Numbered from the stretch's first letter, positions 41,554 to 52,609 are shown. The stretch: DNA of 64,000 nt from Thermodesulfovibrionia bacterium (GCA_919902995.1 CAKKSD010000050.1:14499-78498); one strand, 5' to 3'. Notes: generated by a model from the sequence alone, not told the origin. Made by a program: numbers and translations.

Positions 41554-42294
41554 TCAGTCTACACTCGATATTCTTATAACTCCGAAATCCTCTGATTGGA
41601 AGATCCTTACAAGTTTCAGACGGATAATCTCGAGGAGGGCAAGGAATGTTATAATAACCTCAGCCTTTGTAACATCCTTAGCAAAGAGCTCATAGAAAGT
41701 TATACTCTTTTTCCCCTGTAAGGTGTCGAGTATCATCGATATCTTATCCTTGAGATTCAATTCCTCCCTTGTAACTTCATAAAAGGCCTTCTCAGGAATC
41801 TTCTCAAGGACTTTTTTTAATGAGGTCAAGAGGTCGAAGAGATTTAGACCCAGAATCAGAGGTTCTCCATCTGCGATTAAATGCTCAGGTTTTTGTGGTT
41901 GCCTTGAGAAGGCATCACGCCAGTATTGTTCTCTTGATGTAAGTTCCTCGGCGGCCTCTTTGAATCTTTTATACTCGAGGAGTCTCTGGACAAGCTCTGC
42001 CCTCGGGTCTTCCATCTTTTCTTCAGTTTCATCTTTTTCCTCTGAAGGAGGTAGGAGCATTTTAGACTTTATATGGATCAGTGTTGCAGCCATTACAAGG
42101 AATTCGCCGGCAATTTCGATATTAAGCTCCTTCATAATTTCAAGATATTCAAGATATTGCTGGGTGACCAGGGCTATAGGGATGTCATAGATATTTATTT
42201 CATTCTCTTTTATAAGGTGAAGAAGCAGATCTAAGGGGCCTTCGAAGACCTCGAGTTTTACTTTATAAAGTGGCTCTCCAGATGAACTTTGCAT
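41554..42294 (-). CDS. scpA: Segregation and condensation protein A
   Basis: FEGPLDLLLHLI, AGEFLVMAATLIHIKSKMLLP, TFLALLE. Confidence 0.95.
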   Translation of the reverse strand: MQSSSGEPLYKVKLEVFEGPLDLLLHLIKENEINIYDIPIALVTQQYLEYLEIMKELNIEIAGEFLVMAATLIHIKSKMLLPPSEEKDETEEKMEDPRAELVQRLLEYKRFKEAAEELTSREQYWRDAFSRQPQKPEHLIADGEPLILGLNLFDLLTSLKKVLEKIPEKAFYEVTREELNLKDKISMILDTLQGKKSITFYELFAKDVTKAEVIITFLALLEIIRLKLVRIFQSEDFGVIRISSVD

Positions 42295-42298
42295 ATTC

Positions 42299-43279
42299 CT
42301 ATATCTTCATTGCCTCCCGTACCATCGCCATTGTTTCAGAGGCAACAGCCTTTGCCTTTTCAACACCAGAGGCTATGACCTTATCAAGTTGGTCCGGACG
42401 TGCTTCAAGTTCCTTCCTCTTTTCAGAAAAGGGCTTCAGGATAGCAAGGGCTTCCTTGATAAGCATATCTTTGTGGTCAGTACATCCTATCGAGGCATCC
42501 CTGCAATTTCTGTCTATCCTTTCAATATCATCCTTTTTGCCAAATACCTTATGGAGGCTGTGGAGGGGACAGACATCTGGATTCCCAGGATCAGTTCTTC
42601 TTGCCCTTGCAGGGTCTGTGATCATTATCTTCATTTTTCTCTCCACCTCTTCAGGGATATCCGATAAAAAGACGGCATTCCCGTAGCTTTTGGACATCTT
42701 TCTTCCGTCAATCCCGATTATCTTTGGATACTCGGTAAGCAAGGCCTGAGGCTCAGGGAAAATATGACCATAGAAGTTGTTGAAACGTCTCGTTATCTCC
42801 CTCGTAATTTCGAGATGGGGTAATTGATCAACTCCGACAGGAACATACCCTGCCCTGTAGATTAATATATCCGCTGCCTGAAGCACTGGATAACCTAAGA
42901 AACCGTAGGTACAAAGATCTCTATCCTTGATCTCATCCTGTTTTTCTTTATAGGTTGGAACCCTTTCGAGCCAAGGGAGGGGAGTTATCATGGATAATAG
43001 AAGGTGAAGCTCCGCATGTTCAGGCAGTCTGGACTGTATAAAGATGGTTGACTTCTTTGGATCAAGTCCTGCTGCTAACCAGTCAATGAGTATATCCTTT
43101 ATATTAGACCTGATCTCACTTACATCGGCATAATTTGATGTGAGTGCATGCCAGTCAGCAATAAAATAAAAACAGTCGTACTCTTCCTGAAGTCTTACCC
43201 AGTTCTGCAAAGCTCCGAAGAGGTTACCGAGGTGGAGTTTTCCGCTCGGCTGCATCCCGCTTAAGACCCTTCCTTTCAT
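42299..43279 (-). CDS. trpS: Tryptophanyl-tRNA synthetase
   Basis: SGMQPSGKLHLGN, YPVLQAADIL, VGVDQ, KMSKS. Confidence 0.96.
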   Translation of the reverse strand: MKGRVLSGMQPSGKLHLGNLFGALQNWVRLQEEYDCFYFIADWHALTSNYADVSEIRSNIKDILIDWLAAGLDPKKSTIFIQSRLPEHAELHLLLSMITPLPWLERVPTYKEKQDEIKDRDLCTYGFLGYPVLQAADILIYRAGYVPVGVDQLPHLEITREITRRFNNFYGHIFPEPQALLTEYPKIIGIDGRKMSKSYGNAVFLSDIPEEVERKMKIMITDPARARRTDPGNPDVCPLHSLHKVFGKKDDIERIDRNCRDASIGCTDHKDMLIKEALAILKPFSEKRKELEARPDQLDKVIASGVEKAKAVASETMAMVREAMKI

Positions 43280-43971
43280 AGAAGTACCCTGAGAGGAGAA
43301 AAGATAAGGATTAAAAGACCCCTTATGACAGTTGCTACAGGGATAACGAAATAATCTGTTATCCCCAGGATTATCAGTGCAAAAACGATCATAAATCCAT
43401 AAGGCTCTATTTTTGAAAAACTATAGGCATATCTGTCAGGGAGCAGTCCTATGAGAACCCTTCCACCATCAAGGGGAGGGATAGGTATGAGATTAAAGGC
43501 AGCGAGGAAAATATTTATTGTCGCACTGAAACTCAGCATCTGTGAGACAGGAATTAGGAGTTTTGAGGCTAAAAACTGGGGAAGAAGGGTAGACAACTGA
43601 AGTGCAGCGATGATTATAACAAGAAGGATGCTTATGGCAGCGAGGAAAATATTTGTTGCAGGACCTGCGAAGGATACTATCGCCATATTCCTCTTCGGGT
43701 TTCTGAGATTAAAGGGGTTCACAGGTACGGGCTTTGCATAACCGAAAGAAAAATTCCCATGGCTGAAGATTAAAAGGATTATTGGCATAATTATTGTGCC
43801 AAAGATGTCTATATGAACGATAGGGTTTATGGTAAGCCTGCCCATTTGTTTTGCTGTGGGGTCGCCGAGTCTATTCGCTACCCAGCCATGGGCAATCTCA
43901 TGAAAGATAATTGCGAAAAGAAGGGGTATTGCTGCAATAGAGAGATTTTTTAGTATTGAATAAGGATCCAA
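43276..43971 (-). CDS. Site-2 (M50) protease
   Basis: HEIAH, AGPATN, FNLIPIPPLDG. Confidence 0.92.
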   Translation of the reverse strand: MDPYSILKNLSIAAIPLLFAIIFHEIAHGWVANRLGDPTAKQMGRLTINPIVHIDIFGTIIMPIILLIFSHGNFSFGYAKPVPVNPFNLRNPKRNMAIVSFAGPATNIFLAAISILLVIIIAALQLSTLLPQFLASKLLIPVSQMLSFSATINIFLAAFNLIPIPPLDGGRVLIGLLPDRYAYSFSKIEPYGFMIVFALIILGITDYFVIPVATVIRGLLILIFSPLRVLL

Positions 43972-43979
43972 GTTTCTCC

Positions 43980-45641
43980 TTATATAGGATGGAGTATGTT
44001 GTCAATCACAGTCCTTGCCGCAACGAGAGGGTCTATAAAGGCGCTCTCCATGTCATGTTCGATGTCCCTCTTATTTGAGAGATAGGTAATCCTGTCCTGC
44101 ATCCTGTCACGGAGATATCTGAGACATTCCTGATCCTTTGTGGGTTTGTATTTCTTATCATAATCAGGGCCAAAAAGATCATTGCCATTTTTCGGGAGGA
44201 GGAGCCCTTCGAATGCCTTCCACTCCTTCCATTCGATGTTATCCCTAACAAGTTCGGTAACGATATTAAGGGAAAGTTCCTTCGGGATATCTATAAGATT
44301 TTGTGGTAGACCGAAGGCATGGGTATTCAATATATAGCATTCTGTACCGAGTTTGAAGAGTTTTTTAAACTGCTGGCAGTCTACCATAAGGGGATGTATC
44401 CTGAAGGGGTTTGCAAAGGGCTCTATTACGAGTTTTTCGAATTCTTTAGGATCGACGTTCTCAACTCCCTTTGCGCGCAATGTGCTCAGGGATGCTCCCA
44501 TTGCGACTGCAAGCCCGACCGAATTGACCTTGCATATCGGTGGAAGACTTGTATCTTTCTGGAGCCATATTACCATGCCTGGTCTTTCGCAGGAATTGGT
44601 GTGATTGAACATATCCCTTGATTTAAGACATCGGCCATTTTCGTTTCTTATATCTTCAAAGACCATCTTCCTCTTTCCATCGGGGAGCATTGTGGTACCC
44701 ACATTCTGCGCAGTGTAGAAGTACTTTATACCAGGGTCATCAAATTTTACCGCGTCTGTTTTGTCAAAAAGTGCAGGTTCAAGACCAACGGTGAAGTTAT
44801 GTTCAAGGTCTATCAAAAAGGCATCATCGTGGATCACATTTACCTTTTCATTTTTCTTTAAAGTACCTGCATGGTCATGGCTGTTTGTTATGGAAGATTT
44901 TCCAGAACCGGAAAGACCGAATACAGCCACAGGCGGTTTATTCCCTATCTTCTTGATACCTCCGTGGCATGCGACCATATTCTGGCGGACACCAATTGTC
45001 CAAGCGATGGTGAGTGTGCCCTTTTTCCTTTCACCAAAGTATCTGAGACCGAGTATGGCAATACAGTTATTCTCCTCATCTATAATTACGAGACCATTGG
45101 GGAAATCGGGATGTGACCATTCAGGGTCAGCGAATATAAGTATATCAGGTTCATCTAATAGCCTTGATTTTTTATAGAGATCAGTCCAGGGCTTCATCCA
45201 AGGTGTAAAATTAATTCCCCAGTCAAGCATATTCTTTGCGTCTGTCTCAGGGCTTAAAATGTGGGCCTTTATCATGAAGTCCTGATGGAGCCCCACGATC
45301 CCTTCAAGCCATAAACCAGAACGACGATTAAAATTATAAATTGCCTCACCCAAAAGTCCGAGAAACCTGTCTTTTTCTTTGCCCATCTCCCTGACAAGAC
45401 GCCTTGCCCTCGCTGTTCTACCTACTATGCCACCATCGTTCGATACCAGTACCTTTGCGTTCTTAGGGAGACCGAACTGCAGGGGTTTATACATAGGGTG
45501 AGAGGTTACGACAACCTCTGGCTGTTTGATGCCAAGACTGTAGAGTTCAGCCATATTCGTCTTCCTCACAGAATTGGCATAGAAGGCGCTTTCTATATAT
45601 GCCCTCCAGGATGAGCGTGGAATCTTATGTTTGCTTGCCAT
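43980..45641 (-). CDS. Divergent ATP-dependent PEP carboxykinase
   Basis: YFGERKKG, ACHGG, FGLSGSGKS, HDD, NGR, PFANPFR, LNT. Confidence 0.8.
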   Translation of the reverse strand: MASKHKIPRSSWRAYIESAFYANSVRKTNMAELYSLGIKQPEVVVTSHPMYKPLQFGLPKNAKVLVSNDGGIVGRTARARRLVREMGKEKDRFLGLLGEAIYNFNRRSGLWLEGIVGLHQDFMIKAHILSPETDAKNMLDWGINFTPWMKPWTDLYKKSRLLDEPDILIFADPEWSHPDFPNGLVIIDEENNCIAILGLRYFGERKKGTLTIAWTIGVRQNMVACHGGIKKIGNKPPVAVFGLSGSGKSSITNSHDHAGTLKKNEKVNVIHDDAFLIDLEHNFTVGLEPALFDKTDAVKFDDPGIKYFYTAQNVGTTMLPDGKRKMVFEDIRNENGRCLKSRDMFNHTNSCERPGMVIWLQKDTSLPPICKVNSVGLAVAMGASLSTLRAKGVENVDPKEFEKLVIEPFANPFRIHPLMVDCQQFKKLFKLGTECYILNTHAFGLPQNLIDIPKELSLNIVTELVRDNIEWKEWKAFEGLLLPKNGNDLFGPDYDKKYKPTKDQECLRYLRDRMQDRITYLSNKRDIEHDMESAFIDPLVAARTVIDNILHPI

Positions 45642-45857
45642 TTTTCACCTTTTTAGATATTGAAGGAAATCAAGGTATGTGCTAAACACAGAATAACAAT
45701 GAAAGATGTATTATAAAATTAATAATTTCCTAATATAAGATTTTAATCAGAGGAATGTCAAGTTTAATAATAATTCTAACGTCTGGCGTAATCTCTACGA
45801 TTATTATGCTATAATTATTAAAAACATTACCCTGAATTTATCTATCGGGAGGTTAGA

Positions 45858-46886
45858 ATGGAGAATGAACTTAGAAGAGGGCCAATAACAGGTGTCTGGG
45901 TTGTAATGGTTAAGAATGGTACATCCATAGAGGGACTTCTGGATGGATGGGAAAGCAAGAGGCCCCTGCCTATCGAAGATATACAACCATGCCCTTTCTG
46001 CGAAGGAAACGAAAACGATGCACCATCTGAGATTTTGGCCTTCAGGAAAGGAGGAATACCAAATGGGCCAGGCTGGAAGATAAGGGTAGTCCCGAATAAA
46101 TTCCCGATCTTCCAGATCCATGGAGAACTGGATGGTAAGGCTGTAGGTATGTATGATAAGCTGGGCGGAATCGGCGCCCACGAAATAGTCGTAGAGACCC
46201 CTCTACACAACAGGACATTACTCACTCTGGATAATAAAGAGGTGGAGGATATTCTATGGGCATATAGGGAAAGGGTACTGGATCTAAAAAAAGATCGAAG
46301 GTTTAGGTATATACTGGTCTATAAAAACTACGGTCCATCTGTAGGGGCATCGATAAAACATTCCCATTCCCATATTGTAGCCACCCCTGTTACTCCGGGA
46401 AGAATAAAGGAAGAGTTAGAAGGATCTAAGTATTATTATAAAATAAAGGAAAGGTGTATTTACTGTGATATCATAAGACAGGAAATAAAAAATGAAGAAA
46501 GAATAATTCTTGAAAATGATCACTTCCTCTGCTTTTCTCCTTTTGCCTCCATATATCCGTTCCAGGCATGGATTACTCCAAAGACTCATGAGGTCTTCTT
46601 TGAACAGAATGAAAGGTATGACCTTCTTGCATCAATGCTCAGGGAGATACTGGACAAGATCAGCAAAGGACTTAAGGATCCGGACTATATCTTTGTCATA
46701 CATACAGGTCCAAACATTGAAGCAAAAAGAGGGAGGCATTACTGGCAGACACTCCAGTATGATTTTCACTGGCATATTGAGATAATGCCTAGGGTACGAA
46801 ACCTTACGGGATTCGAGATAGGTGCTGGGTTCCATATAAATCCTGTTCTCCCCGAAGATGCAGCGAAATATCTAAGAGGTATTTAA
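45858..46886 (+). CDS. GalT-family nucleotidyltransferase
   Basis: CPFCEGNE, VPNKFP, HEIVVET, KNYG...GAS..HSHSH, FHWHIEI, GFE...INP. Confidence 0.85.
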   Translation: MENELRRGPITGVWVVMVKNGTSIEGLLDGWESKRPLPIEDIQPCPFCEGNENDAPSEILAFRKGGIPNGPGWKIRVVPNKFPIFQIHGELDGKAVGMYDKLGGIGAHEIVVETPLHNRTLLTLDNKEVEDILWAYRERVLDLKKDRRFRYILVYKNYGPSVGASIKHSHSHIVATPVTPGRIKEELEGSKYYYKIKERCIYCDIIRQEIKNEERIILENDHFLCFSPFASIYPFQAWITPKTHEVFFEQNERYDLLASMLREILDKISKGLKDPDYIFVIHTGPNIEAKRGRHYWQTLQYDFHWHIEIMPRVRNLTGFEIGAGFHINPVLPEDAAKYLRGI

Positions 46887-46917
46887 AAGATAGTTGCAGT
46901 TTGAAGGATTCTGGGTC

Positions 46918-46995
46918 TGGCGGGGTGGACGGGACTTGAACCCGCGACCTCTGGCTTGACAGGCCAGCGTTCTAACCGGGCTGAACTACCACCCC
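46918..46995 (-). tRNA. tRNA-Asp (GTC)
   Basis: Reverse complement GGGGTGGTAGTTCAG...CTGGC-CTGTCAA-GCCAG...GGTTCAAGTCC...CACCCCGCCA folds as a cloverleaf with encoded CCA. Confidence 0.97.
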
Positions 46996-47157
46996 TCTTG
47001 AAAACAGTATACAGCGAATAGATTTTTATTTACTCTAACAGATTCGGATTAGACCGTCAAGCCGTTTCAGTCACAAAACCTCTTTACAACTCTTTTTCTA
47101 TGACCTATAATTGCTTATCAGTAGGTTTAATAAAGGATCATTTAGATTGAGGCAAAA

Positions 47158-47565
47158 TTGGAAAGAACGCTTTCTATTATAAAGCCTGATGGGGTTGCCA
47201 AAGGAATCATAGGAGAAATAATAAAGAGATTCGAGAATGATGGACTAAGGATCAGTGCGATAAAGATGGTCTATCTCACCAAGAAGGAGGCAGAGGGATT
47301 TTATATTGTCCATAAGGAAAGACCCTTTTACAACAGTCTCACAGATTTCATGTCCTCAGGACCGATTGTAGTCATGGTCCTTGAGGGAAATGATGCTATA
47401 AGGAAGAACAGGGAGATAATGGGTGCCACGAATCCAAAAGATGCTGATACAGGAACTATCCGCAGGGATTTCGGTACCAATGTAGAGAAAAATACCGTCC
47501 ATGGCTCTGATTCTCTGGAATCTGCAGCATTTGAAATAGACTATTTCTTCAAATCCCTACATTAA
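47158..47565 (+). CDS. ndk: Nucleoside diphosphate kinase
   Basis: [24 protein letters not shown]. Confidence 0.96.
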   Translation: MERTLSIIKPDGVAKGIIGEIIKRFENDGLRISAIKMVYLTKKEAEGFYIVHKERPFYNSLTDFMSSGPIVVMVLEGNDAIRKNREIMGATNPKDADTGTIRRDFGTNVEKNTVHGSDSLESAAFEIDYFFKSLH

Positions 47566-47612
47566 TGTTTTACATTTTCCCCGCGTAGTAGTAGTGGCAG
47601 TTTTGCCTGCCC

Positions 47613-48758
47613 TTATAATCTTACGTACATCTTAAATAAAAGTTTATACGCCAATAATGTGAGGGGACCTAAATCCTTCTTCAACCATAGCGCCATCGAT
47701 GCCTTCTGTATCGCCTTGATCCCATGGATTTCTACAAGCTTCTCCCTCATCGCATCGGACTCGTAAAAAATCTCCTGTAGCCTCTTCATTAGACGGAACC
47801 TGTTCCCATATAATCTTTCCCATTTCTGGGCATATCCATCAAGTCCTGAATTTATTTCAGGATCTCCCATGAATTTAGATATAATCTCCTCAGCTGCCAT
47901 CTTTCCGCTCTTCATTGCATAATATATCCCTTCGGAAGATACAGGAAGTATAAGGCCTGCTGCATCACCGCATAGCAGTACCTTCCCACTAACCATAGTG
48001 CCTTTTAACTGAACAGGTCCTGGAGATGCCTCTCTTTTAATAACAGAAAAACCTTCTATCCTACATCCGAGTTTCTCCTTGAATCTCTTCAGATAAGAGG
48101 AGAGACCTTTTGAATTCCGGCCATCAACCGCTGTTCCGACACAGAGGTGATCTCCCTTGGGAAAGACCCATCCGTAGAGAGAAGGCGAGATCTCCGAACC
48201 ATACCAGAACTCACATCTATCCCTGTAGAAGTCCATCTGTTCTGATGAAACCTTTATCCTTTCCTGTAAGGCAAGAAAACTTTCAAGTGGTTTTGCTCCA
48301 ATAGCATGTGCCACAGAAGAATTTGCACCGTCTGCACCGATAAGGAAATCCCCTTCAAGTTTTTTTATACCCTGACCATTCTTGTACTCTATCTCTATCT
48401 TGCTTCCTATCTTCAGGTTCAGGAAAAGACCTTCTATAAGTTCTGCACCTGCCTTTTCTGCCATCTTCCTCAGATATGCATCAAAGACCTCCCTCCTGAC
48501 CATGGCGAGATATCCACCTCTTAACGGAATAGTCAGTTCCTTAAGGCTCGGTGATATCGCCCCTATCTTTGTCACTTTTTTCTCAATGATGCCCTCGGGT
48601 ATCCGGAATTCCTCGAATGCAGCAGAAGGGATACCACCTCCACAGGGTTTTACCCTTTTGAGGTCCATCTCTATAAGGAAGGTCCTTATACCTGCCTCAG
48701 CAAGTGTCTTTGCTGCAATAGAACCTGCAGGTCCTCCTCCGATAACTATTACCTCCAT
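47613..48758 (-). CDS. Geranylgeranyl reductase family (ChlP/BchP-like)
   Basis: GGGPAG, KPCGGGIP, RREVFD, GADGANS, YGWVFPK, GDAAG, EGIYYAM. Confidence 0.85.
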   Translation of the reverse strand: MEVIVIGGGPAGSIAAKTLAEAGIRTFLIEMDLKRVKPCGGGIPSAAFEEFRIPEGIIEKKVTKIGAISPSLKELTIPLRGGYLAMVRREVFDAYLRKMAEKAGAELIEGLFLNLKIGSKIEIEYKNGQGIKKLEGDFLIGADGANSSVAHAIGAKPLESFLALQERIKVSSEQMDFYRDRCEFWYGSEISPSLYGWVFPKGDHLCVGTAVDGRNSKGLSSYLKRFKEKLGCRIEGFSVIKREASPGPVQLKGTMVSGKVLLCGDAAGLILPVSSEGIYYAMKSGKMAAEEIISKFMGDPEINSGLDGYAQKWERLYGNRFRLMKRLQEIFYESDAMREKLVEIHGIKAIQKASMALWLKKDLGPLTLLAYKLLFKMYVRL

Positions 48759-48834
48759 AATTGATATATACCTCGTATAAATTTAAAATTTTTAGTCTGC
48801 CATCTTGAATTTTTCATTTTGATATTTACATTTT

Positions 48835-51507
48835 TTAGTGGGCCTCGCTCCAGTTCTTTCCTACCCCGATATCTACCTTAATCGGCACCGAGAATTCAAT
48901 AACCACTTCCATCTCTTCTTTCACTACCTTTTTAATCTGTTCTATCTCTTCTTCGGGAGATTCAAAGACGAGTTCATCATGTATCTGGAGGATCATCCTG
49001 GCATTTGAATTCATTCCATGAAACCTCTTCGAAATATTCACCATAGCAAGTTTTATGAGGTCTGCTGCAGAACCCTGAATAGGGGTATTAATCGCAAGTC
49101 TCTCTCCTAATTGCCTCACATTTGAATTCTGGCTCATCAACTCCGGTATATGCCTCTGACGGCAGAGTATCGTTTTTACATAACCTTTTTCCTCTGCCTC
49201 TTTGAGATTTCTCTCAATAAAATCCTTTACACCTTTATGTCTTTCGAAATACCTCTCTATCAACTCCTTTGCCTTTTCAAACGGTATCCTCAGTTCTACT
49301 GAAAGTCCGTAGGGGCTTATCCCATAGATGATCCCGAAATTGACTGTCTTTGCCTGCCTCCTCATATCAGGTGTTATAGATTCAGGCGGAAGGTCAAATA
49401 TTTCCGTTGCTGTCCTTGTATGGATATCTTCCCCTCCCTTGAAGGCACCGACCAGTATCTCATCCTGAGCGAGATGTGCAAGGATCCTCAACTCTATCTG
49501 GGAATAGTCTGCTGAGAGAAGGGCATTCCCCTTTTCTGCTATGAATGCCTCCCTTATCCTCTTTCCGAGTTCACCCCTGATTGGGATGTTCTGCAGGTTT
49601 GGCTCACTGCTGCTCAGTCTCCCTGTTGCTGTCACTGTCTGGTTTAAAGATGTATGTATCCTTCCTGTCTTTGGATTGATAAGGTCGGGGAGTGTATCAA
49701 GATATGTAGATTTAATCTTAAAGAGATTTCTATACTCGAGTATTTCCCTTGGAAGTTCATGCTGGAAGGAAAGCTCTTCGAGCACCTCAACATTCGTTGA
49801 ATACCCTGTCTTTGTTCTTTTTGTAGGTTTAAGTCCGAGCTTTCTGAAGAGAATCTCAGAGAGTTGCTTTGGAGAATTGATATTGAATTCCTCCCCTGCG
49901 AGGAAATAGATCCTTTCGATTATTGTATTAAGCTGGCCCTCGAGTTCCTTAGACATCTCAGATAAAATTTCCCTGTCTATCTTGAAGCCATTCATCTCTA
50001 TATCCGCAAGAACTTTCAGTAAAGGCATCTCTACATCATAGAAAAGTTTCATGAGCCCTTTATTATCGATTAGTGTAGAAAGGACTCTTTTAAGCCTCAG
50101 GGTTATATCAGAATCCTCACAGGAATATTTTGTCGCCATATCGAGCGGAACATTTTCAAATCCTATCTGTTTCTTCCCTTTTCCTACCACTTCCTCGTAT
50201 GTGAGGATCTTGTAGTCGAGATACTCCAGTGCGATATTCTCGAGGTTATGGGCAGGCTTTACAGGGTTAAGGAGATAGGATGCAATCATAGTATCAAAAC
50301 TGATCCCTTTAAGATCTATACAATGATTCCTTAGAATGACTACCTCATACTTTATATTCTGACCGATCTTTCTCAGGGTTTCATCTTCGAGGATGGGTTT
50401 CAGTTTTTCCAGGACATATTCCTTTTTGAGCTGATGAGGGGCGTCGGGATAGATATGACTCAGAGGGATATAACAGGCGCTGTTAGGTTCTGTCGAGATA
50501 GAGATACCTACTATCTCTGCGATCATCGGGTCCTTGCCAGTACTTTCGATATCTATAGAAAATTCCCCTTTCACCTTCATTCTTTCTAATAGTTTGAGAA
50601 ATTCATCTTCGGATGTGATATTACTGTATTCACTTTTATCCAGGTCTGTATGGGGTGTGAGCGTTTTAAGGAGACTTGAGAATTCGAGTTCTCTGAAAAG
50701 TCTTAGAAGGGTTTCGTTATCAGGTTTAGTTATAGATAACTCCTTGAGGTCAATATCGATAGGGAGGTCGCTATGGATAGTAGCAAGGTTATGGCTTAGA
50801 CGTGCAATTTCTTCATTTATTTTAAGGGCCTCCCTCAGTTTCGGTTTCTTTACTTTTTCCAAATTCCTTAGCAGGTTTTCGATACTCCCGAATTCTTTTA
50901 TAAGTTCTACAGCTGTCTTTTCCCCGATTCCTGGAACTCCAGGGATATTGTCTATTGCATCCCCCATGAGTCCCATGACCTCAACGACCTTATCAGGACC
51001 AACGCCGAATTTATCTAATACATCCTTTTCTTCATATACCTTATCCTTCATGGTGTCATAGGTTCTTATATTCCGCCCTACAATCTGGAAGATGTCCTTA
51101 TCTCCTGTTACGATCGTTACACTGAGACCTCTTCCTTCTCCTTTTTTCGCTAAGGTCGCAAGTATATCATCAGCCTCATAACCTTCTATTTCGAGGACAG
51201 GAATCCTGAAGGCATCAACGATTCTTTTTATATATGGTATCTGGTTGATAAGTTCATTAGGGGTGCTTGGTCTCTGGGCCTTGTATGCCTCGAAGAGTCT
51301 ATGCCTTTCGGTAGGAGCAGGCGAATCAAAGGCGATAGCTATATAATCCGGCTTCTTCTCTCTCACCACCTTGAGGAGCATATTAGTGAATCCATATATC
51401 GCCCCTGTTGGTAAACCTTTAGAATTAGTAAGACCCTTTATGGCATGGTAGGCCCTGTATACATAGGAGTTACCATCTATAAGGTATAATTTAAGCCTTT
51501 CTGTCAC
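48835..51507 (-). CDS. polA: DNA polymerase I
   Basis: 5'-exonuclease domain (LIDGNSY, EADD), 3'-exonuclease-like domain, TGRLSS, ADYSQIELR, QIHDE. Confidence 0.97.
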   Translation of the reverse strand: MTERLKLYLIDGNSYVYRAYHAIKGLTNSKGLPTGAIYGFTNMLLKVVREKKPDYIAIAFDSPAPTERHRLFEAYKAQRPSTPNELINQIPYIKRIVDAFRIPVLEIEGYEADDILATLAKKGEGRGLSVTIVTGDKDIFQIVGRNIRTYDTMKDKVYEEKDVLDKFGVGPDKVVEVMGLMGDAIDNIPGVPGIGEKTAVELIKEFGSIENLLRNLEKVKKPKLREALKINEEIARLSHNLATIHSDLPIDIDLKELSITKPDNETLLRLFRELEFSSLLKTLTPHTDLDKSEYSNITSEDEFLKLLERMKVKGEFSIDIESTGKDPMIAEIVGISISTEPNSACYIPLSHIYPDAPHQLKKEYVLEKLKPILEDETLRKIGQNIKYEVVILRNHCIDLKGISFDTMIASYLLNPVKPAHNLENIALEYLDYKILTYEEVVGKGKKQIGFENVPLDMATKYSCEDSDITLRLKRVLSTLIDNKGLMKLFYDVEMPLLKVLADIEMNGFKIDREILSEMSKELEGQLNTIIERIYFLAGEEFNINSPKQLSEILFRKLGLKPTKRTKTGYSTNVEVLEELSFQHELPREILEYRNLFKIKSTYLDTLPDLINPKTGRIHTSLNQTVTATGRLSSSEPNLQNIPIRGELGKRIREAFIAEKGNALLSADYSQIELRILAHLAQDEILVGAFKGGEDIHTRTATEIFDLPPESITPDMRRQAKTVNFGIIYGISPYGLSVELRIPFEKAKELIERYFERHKGVKDFIERNLKEAEEKGYVKTILCRQRHIPELMSQNSNVRQLGERLAINTPIQGSAADLIKLAMVNISKRFHGMNSNARMILQIHDELVFESPEEEIEQIKKVVKEEMEVVIEFSVPIKVDIGVGKNWSEAH

Positions 51508-51772
51508 TATGTATTTGTTCCCCGAAATCTACTTTTGGGGCCTCTCTGGCAGGAGTAGCTGCCTCAAAATAGGGTCGCTCTTAAAATTTTATAACACAGT
51601 ATATAATAAGGCAAGTATTTATGAGGATTAATTCCCCCTTTAACAATCTTGCTAATTTAAAGTAATTTGTTTATAATACACTCGCCTTTGTGTAAATGAT
51701 TCTAATCCCCTATCTGAAAGAAAAAATTATAATGACAGAAATTAACTATAATGTAAAGAAGTGTAAAGGGAA

Positions 51773-52609
51773 ATGAAGGTAGCAGTAGACATAAAGGACT
51801 TAGAGGAGAAGGCAAGGCTTATAAGGATAGACATATTAAAGATGCTCACCCTTGCTGGCTCAGGTCATACAGGGGGTTCACTCTCTGCAGCGGATATAGT
51901 TACTGCCCTTTATTTCTACAAGATGCGATATAACCCCAAAGACCCTTCCTGGAGAGAAAGGGATAGATTTATCCTTTCAAAGGGTCATGCAGCCCCACTA
52001 CTTTACGCCGCCCTTTCAAGGGCAGGTTATTTCAATCCTGAACTCCTTAAGACACTGAGGAAGATAGGAAGCCCACTTCAGGGACATCCAAGCCGTCAAA
52101 GCCTTCCCGGTGTTGAAGTTTCCACAGGATCCCTTGGCCAGGGTTTATCGGTAGCAAACGGTATAGCCCTCGGCCTCAGGCTGGATGGTATTGACTCAAG
52201 GGTTTACTGCCTCTTAGGGGATGGAGAAATACAGGAGGGACAGATCTGGGAGGCATCAATGACTGCAGCCCATTACCATCTCGATAACATCTGTGCTATT
52301 GTGGATAACAATGGCCTGCAGATAGATGGACCTGTAAAAGAGGTTATGAGGGTTGATCCTCTTCCACAGAAATGGAATGCCTTTGGCTGGCATATTATTG
52401 AGACAGATGGGCATAATATGGGAGAGATAATCACTGCCTTAGACGAGGCAGAAACTATTAAAGGGAAACCTACCGTAATTATTGCCCATACCGTAAAAGG
52501 TAAAGGGGTTTCGTTCTTTGAAGGTCGCGTTGAATATCATGGCATCGCACCTACTCAGGAAGAACTCACAAGGGCACTGAAGGAACTCGGAGAAGTTCAG
52601 CATGGGTAA
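51773..52609 (+). CDS. Transketolase, N-terminal subunit
   Basis: GSGHTGG, SKGHA, STGSLGQG, GDGE..EG. Confidence 0.92.
   Translation: MKVAVDIKDLEEKARLIRIDILKMLTLAGSGHTGGSLSAADIVTALYFYKMRYNPKDPSWRERDRFILSKGHAAPLLYAALSRAGYFNPELLKTLRKIGSPLQGHPSRQSLPGVEVSTGSLGQGLSVANGIALGLRLDGIDSRVYCLLGDGEIQEGQIWEASMTAAHYHLDNICAIVDNNGLQIDGPVKEVMRVDPLPQKWNAFGWHIIETDGHNMGEIITALDEAETIKGKPTVIIAHTVKGKGVSFFEGRVEYHGIAPTQEELTRALKELGEVQHG

Noticed and set aside
46918..46995. tRNA-Asp as an integration site
   Set aside because: No integrase nearby, and I saw no duplicated tRNA 3' end in the window.
51510..51580. Small hairpins upstream of polA as a riboswitch
   Set aside because: Stems are short and match no family I can recognise.
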